A stretch of 64,000 nt of DNA from Dimorphilus gyrociliatus (taxonomy: Eukaryota > Animalia > Annelida), in the NCBI GenBank assembly GCA_904063045.1, contig CAJFCJ010000024.1, positions 925,777 to 989,776 on the forward strand, read 5' to 3'. Under the pieces are notes generated by a model. It worked only from the letters and a program-made list of their open reading frames with translations. It made no database searches and was not told the origin of the DNA. Position 1 is the stretch's first letter. Each line of letters opens with the position of its first letter. Shown here piece by piece: positions 59,510 through 64,000 of this stretch. Position numbers and translations under genes: made by a program.

Positions 59510-62500
59510 ATGCAAAATACTACAGAGAGTCAGAATCTTTTTGTAACTGCTATAAACTATTTGCAGCCGTATTTAACGGGTTTAATATGTTCTTTAGGTA
59601 TTATTGGAAATTTATTGAACATAGCTGTTTTGGGACAGCATAGAATGAGAAAATGCGTTTCTTTAGAGAGAACGTCCATACTCGGTTTTATAGCACTTTC
59701 TATATCGGATACGCTTGTATGCTTATGGATGTTACCTAAAATCTTTCTTCATCATTCTCAACTTGTATTTAAAGTGAAATCCTTTGGTGTGTTTTACCAA
59801 AAATATGGACACGCGATCTTGGATGTTTTCGTAATGCTCTCTACTTGGATAACTGTTGTAATGGGTATTGTTAGATTTATTATATCCAAGTATCCTTTTG
59901 TGGCTAAATCTTACGTCAAATCAAAGAGATATATTATTATATTAATCCTTTTACTTCCAGTCTGCATAATTTGTAGTATACCTTCTTTTTTCTACTATAC
60001 ACACGTAACTTATAATGGATCCTACGTTGTATTTCCAACGTCATTCGTCATGAATAAACAAAGGAAATTAGCTTATATCATCTTTAAATTTTGGATCAAA
60101 TTCTTTCTGCCAATACTTTTAATGGGCTTCTGTAATTTTCAACTAATCAAAGGTAATTGGAAAATTATTAAAATTATTCATATACAATTCCCTATCTTGC
60201 TAGAAATTTGTTTCTTAGAGACAAAATGATAAGTATTTTTTAATTTTCAATTCTTAGAAATTCTTTTGCAGTTATTCATATGCATAATAATTATTCATAT
60301 ATATAATTGGTATGTCAATTTTAATTACGAAGATAAGTCAAATGAGTACTTGATGTGCAAAAGAACTATTTATAGAAGACTGTAGCCATTGTATCATTTT
60401 TAGCCAAGTAATATAAAACGAAAAGTAAAATTTAAATAACAAAAAAGAAGGAGAAAATAAATGAAGAAGAGGCAATGAGAATGAGATTTGTAATAAAAGC
60501 GTAAGACAGAGAGAGAGTGAGAGAGAGATTGAATATCCAAACTTGAAATACAGAATAATGCATGTTCGTCAGTCATTAAACAAATCTTTGACACTATATT
60601 TTACACAAAGGTATCTAACTTCTTTCGTATGCTGTTGATAAACGTACAGCATGTAAATGATAGATTAAGAAAATTTTATTGGTCGGTCATGTTCATGGCC
60701 TAAATAATTAAGTATTTTATATGTAGTATCATATAAACTTATATAGTTTTTATTAAATCTAACAAAAACGTAAGATGTTAGACTGTACAGAATGTAACTC
60801 CAAAGCTGTACAGTCACAATCTTACATGATAGCTGAAAGATACTAATGCAAGATAGAGATAAAAAAAGAACACATAGAAACGAAAAAAAGCGACGATAGT
60901 TCTCTTTTCTTCCTATATCCGCAAAAAAGTCTATCTAGTCGTTCTGTATAACGTATTCTTGTATTTTAATTATTACTATCTTGGGTTTAGGTAAAAAAAA
61001 AAAAAGTAGAGAGGGAGACGAACGTTTCAATTCGAGAGAGAAACTTACTTTCATTTCATAGTGCTTGTCTTACATTCCCTTTAACATAAAATCCCCGGAC
61101 GGTCATCTGCTCTCAAAAACTTATCCTTCAACTCTTTTAAAACAAAGGGAGAGAAAATATATAAATCAATACTTTCCTTCTCCTTTATCTTACTAGTTTG
61201 ATTGATTTATAACGAAAATTAATTAAATTAAGACGAATTACTTTCGTAAAGACAAAAAGTTTTGGGCGTGCTGAATTTACTAATCTTGCATATTTCCCAA
61301 AATAGGATTTTAACGAAAAGAGAATAAATAAAATATAATGAACATTGATTAATTTGTTATTGTTCATATAAAAGACAGAAAGAAACACTATATTGTTTAG
61401 CATCGTGATTTAGCCTACTAGCTTATTGTTTAGATTTCATGGCCCAGAGGATATAATCAATCAAATTCTTTTCTCTTATGATTTATCTTAAATGATGGGA
61501 AAAGTAAAAACAAAAATCAGAGAGTAAGGAAGAAGATGTAAAATTACCGTTATTTTTCAATAGGTCACTATGTCATGTAAGATGTAAGGAGTATAACTTT
61601 TCCCAAAGTAATAGCTATCATCATCTGGTAATTTTTCCAATTCTCTTGTCTCCTCTCGGCCGCCTATCCACTGAAGAAGAATAAAACTCTCGTTGATGAA
61701 TATACTAATAATCAAATTATAGATAACTAAGTATGTAGTAATTACTAATTATTAAAAATATAATATATCGTAGCTTAGTAACAGAAAAGGGTAGAAAATA
61801 GAAAAAAAGAACGATTGAAATTCGCCAAAAAAATTCATAATTATTTATTTATGTGTAATTTAAGTATAGGATTGTTTTGGAAGGCAATGGAACAAGAGCC
61901 ACAGAGAGAGAGCGAGAGAGAGCGAGAGAGAGAGTTTAAACTATGAAAAATTAAACGAGAATCGATTGTTTATATTATTACGCAAACAATCATATCAAGT
62001 GATTCCTTCTTCCTCCATCTCTCTCTCTCTCATTCCTTCTTCTTTCTCTCTTTTATCATTGATTAGCAGACTATTAAACAACAAGGAACAAAAGAAAATT
62101 TTACCTTTTGATCTCCTATTGACTATTGAAAAACGTCATTTACCAATTAAATATATCGAATATGCAAAAGAATTTTGACCACCACTTTAAGTTTATTCTA
62201 ATTATCAATATTTTTCTATTTAATATCAAAAATCAGTAATTTATAAAATGTTTTCCAATTTCCTTTGAAAGTTTTGTACCTATCGAGTGTTTTACGTTCT
62301 CGAATATGTGCTCATGCTCATCCTACGACGCACAGCAAACACGTTACGATTACTCTTATCGTTATTATCCTTCTCTTTATCCTACTAATGACACCTGCAG
62401 AAATCATTGATTTAGTTTTAAATATAAGATCACCATCGAAAGGAAAAGGCAAGTTTTTAATGGCTTGCTGCAACTTGGTTAATATTATACAAGCTATGAA

Positions 62501-62708
62501 TTTTGCTTTAAACTTTCTACTCTATACTTCATTTAATGCGACGTTTCGAAAAACTTTAATCTCTTTGACTAGAAGATGCTTTAGATTAAGAAGACCTTTT
62601 GACGATAGAAATAGCCTAAGAACATCAATGACCAGCGTTCGAGTTAGAATAAAGCATACAGAAGAAATTCCGCTGCATCACTTGCACAAAAAACACTCGT
62701 TTGCCTGA
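59510..62708 (+). CDS. Class A peptide-type GPCR, FMRFamide/sex-peptide-receptor-like orphan, 359 aa, 2 exons (59510-60152, 62272-62708)
   Basis: LGIIGNLLNIAVL (TM1), ALSISDTLVCL (TM2), LSTWITVVMGIVRFIISKYPF (TM3), FFLPILLMGFCNFQLIK (TM5), TITLIVIILLFILLMTPAEI (TM6), AMNFALNFLLY..NATFRKTL (TM7/H8). Phase-1 intron G|gtaatt..tttgaaag|TT. Confidence 0.9.
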
Positions 62709-64000
62709 AGAATCATTTGAAATTTACAATTCATTAAAAGGCATTTTTACTTTTGAAAACCGGAAGAAAAGTTGATAATTTTCAGATGATCTACGTTGTT
62801 TTTCTTCTCTGAAAAGAAGAGATGCCTGAATATTATAATAATAATTTCTATTTCTTATTATCTTTGCTACAAGTAGTATTTGAAGGGTCTATTTACTTCA
62901 TAAAATAAACATATTCATACATCTTTTGTAACTGTTTAAAATTATTATTGATTGACAGACAGACAAACAGACAAACAGATAGACAAGAAGAGGTAAAAAA
63001 AACCATGAAATCGCAAAGGATATAGATAATATAATTGATAGAAAAATTTTAATTTACACGCGTTACAAGGACTCTTAAATTAGAAATAATTCCTACAATA
63101 AAAAAGCTTTCAGTTGAATTGTGTCGAGTTGGGTTAGTACTGGGAATAATATAATCAACTATTGCCTATTAATTAGTTACTGTTCAAATATGGTTACCAC
63201 TATATCTGGGTTTGAGAAACAAAAGAAAAAAAATACAGTTTCATTAAAAAACCTCTCATATATAGATATATATTTATTTCCATTACTATAAGCGCGAAGT
63301 AGACAGACTGTCTACAAGCAGAGATCGTGAGACACATTCGCAAATAATTAAAAACATATTTAGGGAATTGATATTAGTTTCACCCTCTTAGCGATATCAA
63401 ACTTTTCTTATTGTGTTTTTTATCTATATTTTATCATTTTTCCCTTCTTTATCCGAGCAGTTTAACTATGTCAAAAACAGGGGAATGAATGATAGCGAAA
63501 TGACTATTACTAAGAGTACAAGTTTTCTGTTTTTCTTATAATTCAATTAATTTTTATTTTAATTGAATTTTTCATTTATTTTAAATATTTTAGTAATATT
63601 TTTCTTTCTTTCACGTGACATTTGTCATTAGTCAAAAAGTGATTTTTATATCTATAAAATGTCTCATTTATTAGTACACTTCAGAAAAAGTGAGCTATAA
63701 AACTTCATGACCCAAATATACTAAAGTATTAGTTACAACAACTTGTTTGACACTCTGTGACATTTATCATCTAACCATTTATCCATCTATCCATCCCTCC
63801 CTCTCTCTTTCCTCTTCCTCTTTTTCTCTCTTAATAATTAAATTAAACAAATGATACTTATTTATGGCTGTAATATACACTATATATATTTATATATAAC
63901 TAATTAAATTATCATTAATACCCTTAGGACAGAACTAGCCATTATATCATATATATAAAAGTAATGAGAGCGTTCTCGGAAAAAGTTAAGGAGAGGCTAA

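Noticed and set aside
1-64000. CRISPR arrays, transposase/RT ORFs, rRNA, snRNA, hammerhead ribozymes
   Set aside because: No repeat-spacer arrays, DDE or RT motifs, or recognisable RNA cores were seen by eye. A covariance-model search was not possible.

Overview
Eukaryotic, AT-rich (roughly 70% by eye), gene-dense genomic DNA with many 55-90 nt GT-AG introns and GA/TC/TA microsatellites. The gene families and compactness suggest a small-genome spiralian invertebrate such as an annelid (inference). Manual splicing across the ORF track gives, in order: the first exon of a secreted protein (-), tRNA-Val(TAC) (-), a LicD/fukutin-family nucleotidyltransferase (+), a BK-channel beta-subunit-like (KCNMB/CaKB) gene (-, 5' end unresolved), an NHL-repeat protein (+), two tandem adenosine/MECA-like class A GPCRs (+), MTFR1/FAM54 (+), a 16-exon patched gene (+), a ~4,000-aa sacsin-like gene (+), an orphan Cys-rich single-pass membrane protein (-), a 77-aa secreted prepropeptide absent from the ORF track (+), and an FMRFamide-receptor-like peptide GPCR (+). 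No transposon ORF, CRISPR array or rRNA was seen. The most notable observations are an unrecognised CX9C prepropeptide next to an orphan peptide GPCR, a Patched whose acidic transport triad is replaced (D/D/E to E/H/P) although Gli-like sites remain at the locus, a sacsin whose J-domain HPD motif reads LEE, and over-represented short motifs (TAGGCCTA; a CTCF/YY1-like AGATGGCG) around patched. All gene models and alignments were made by eye, without database searches.
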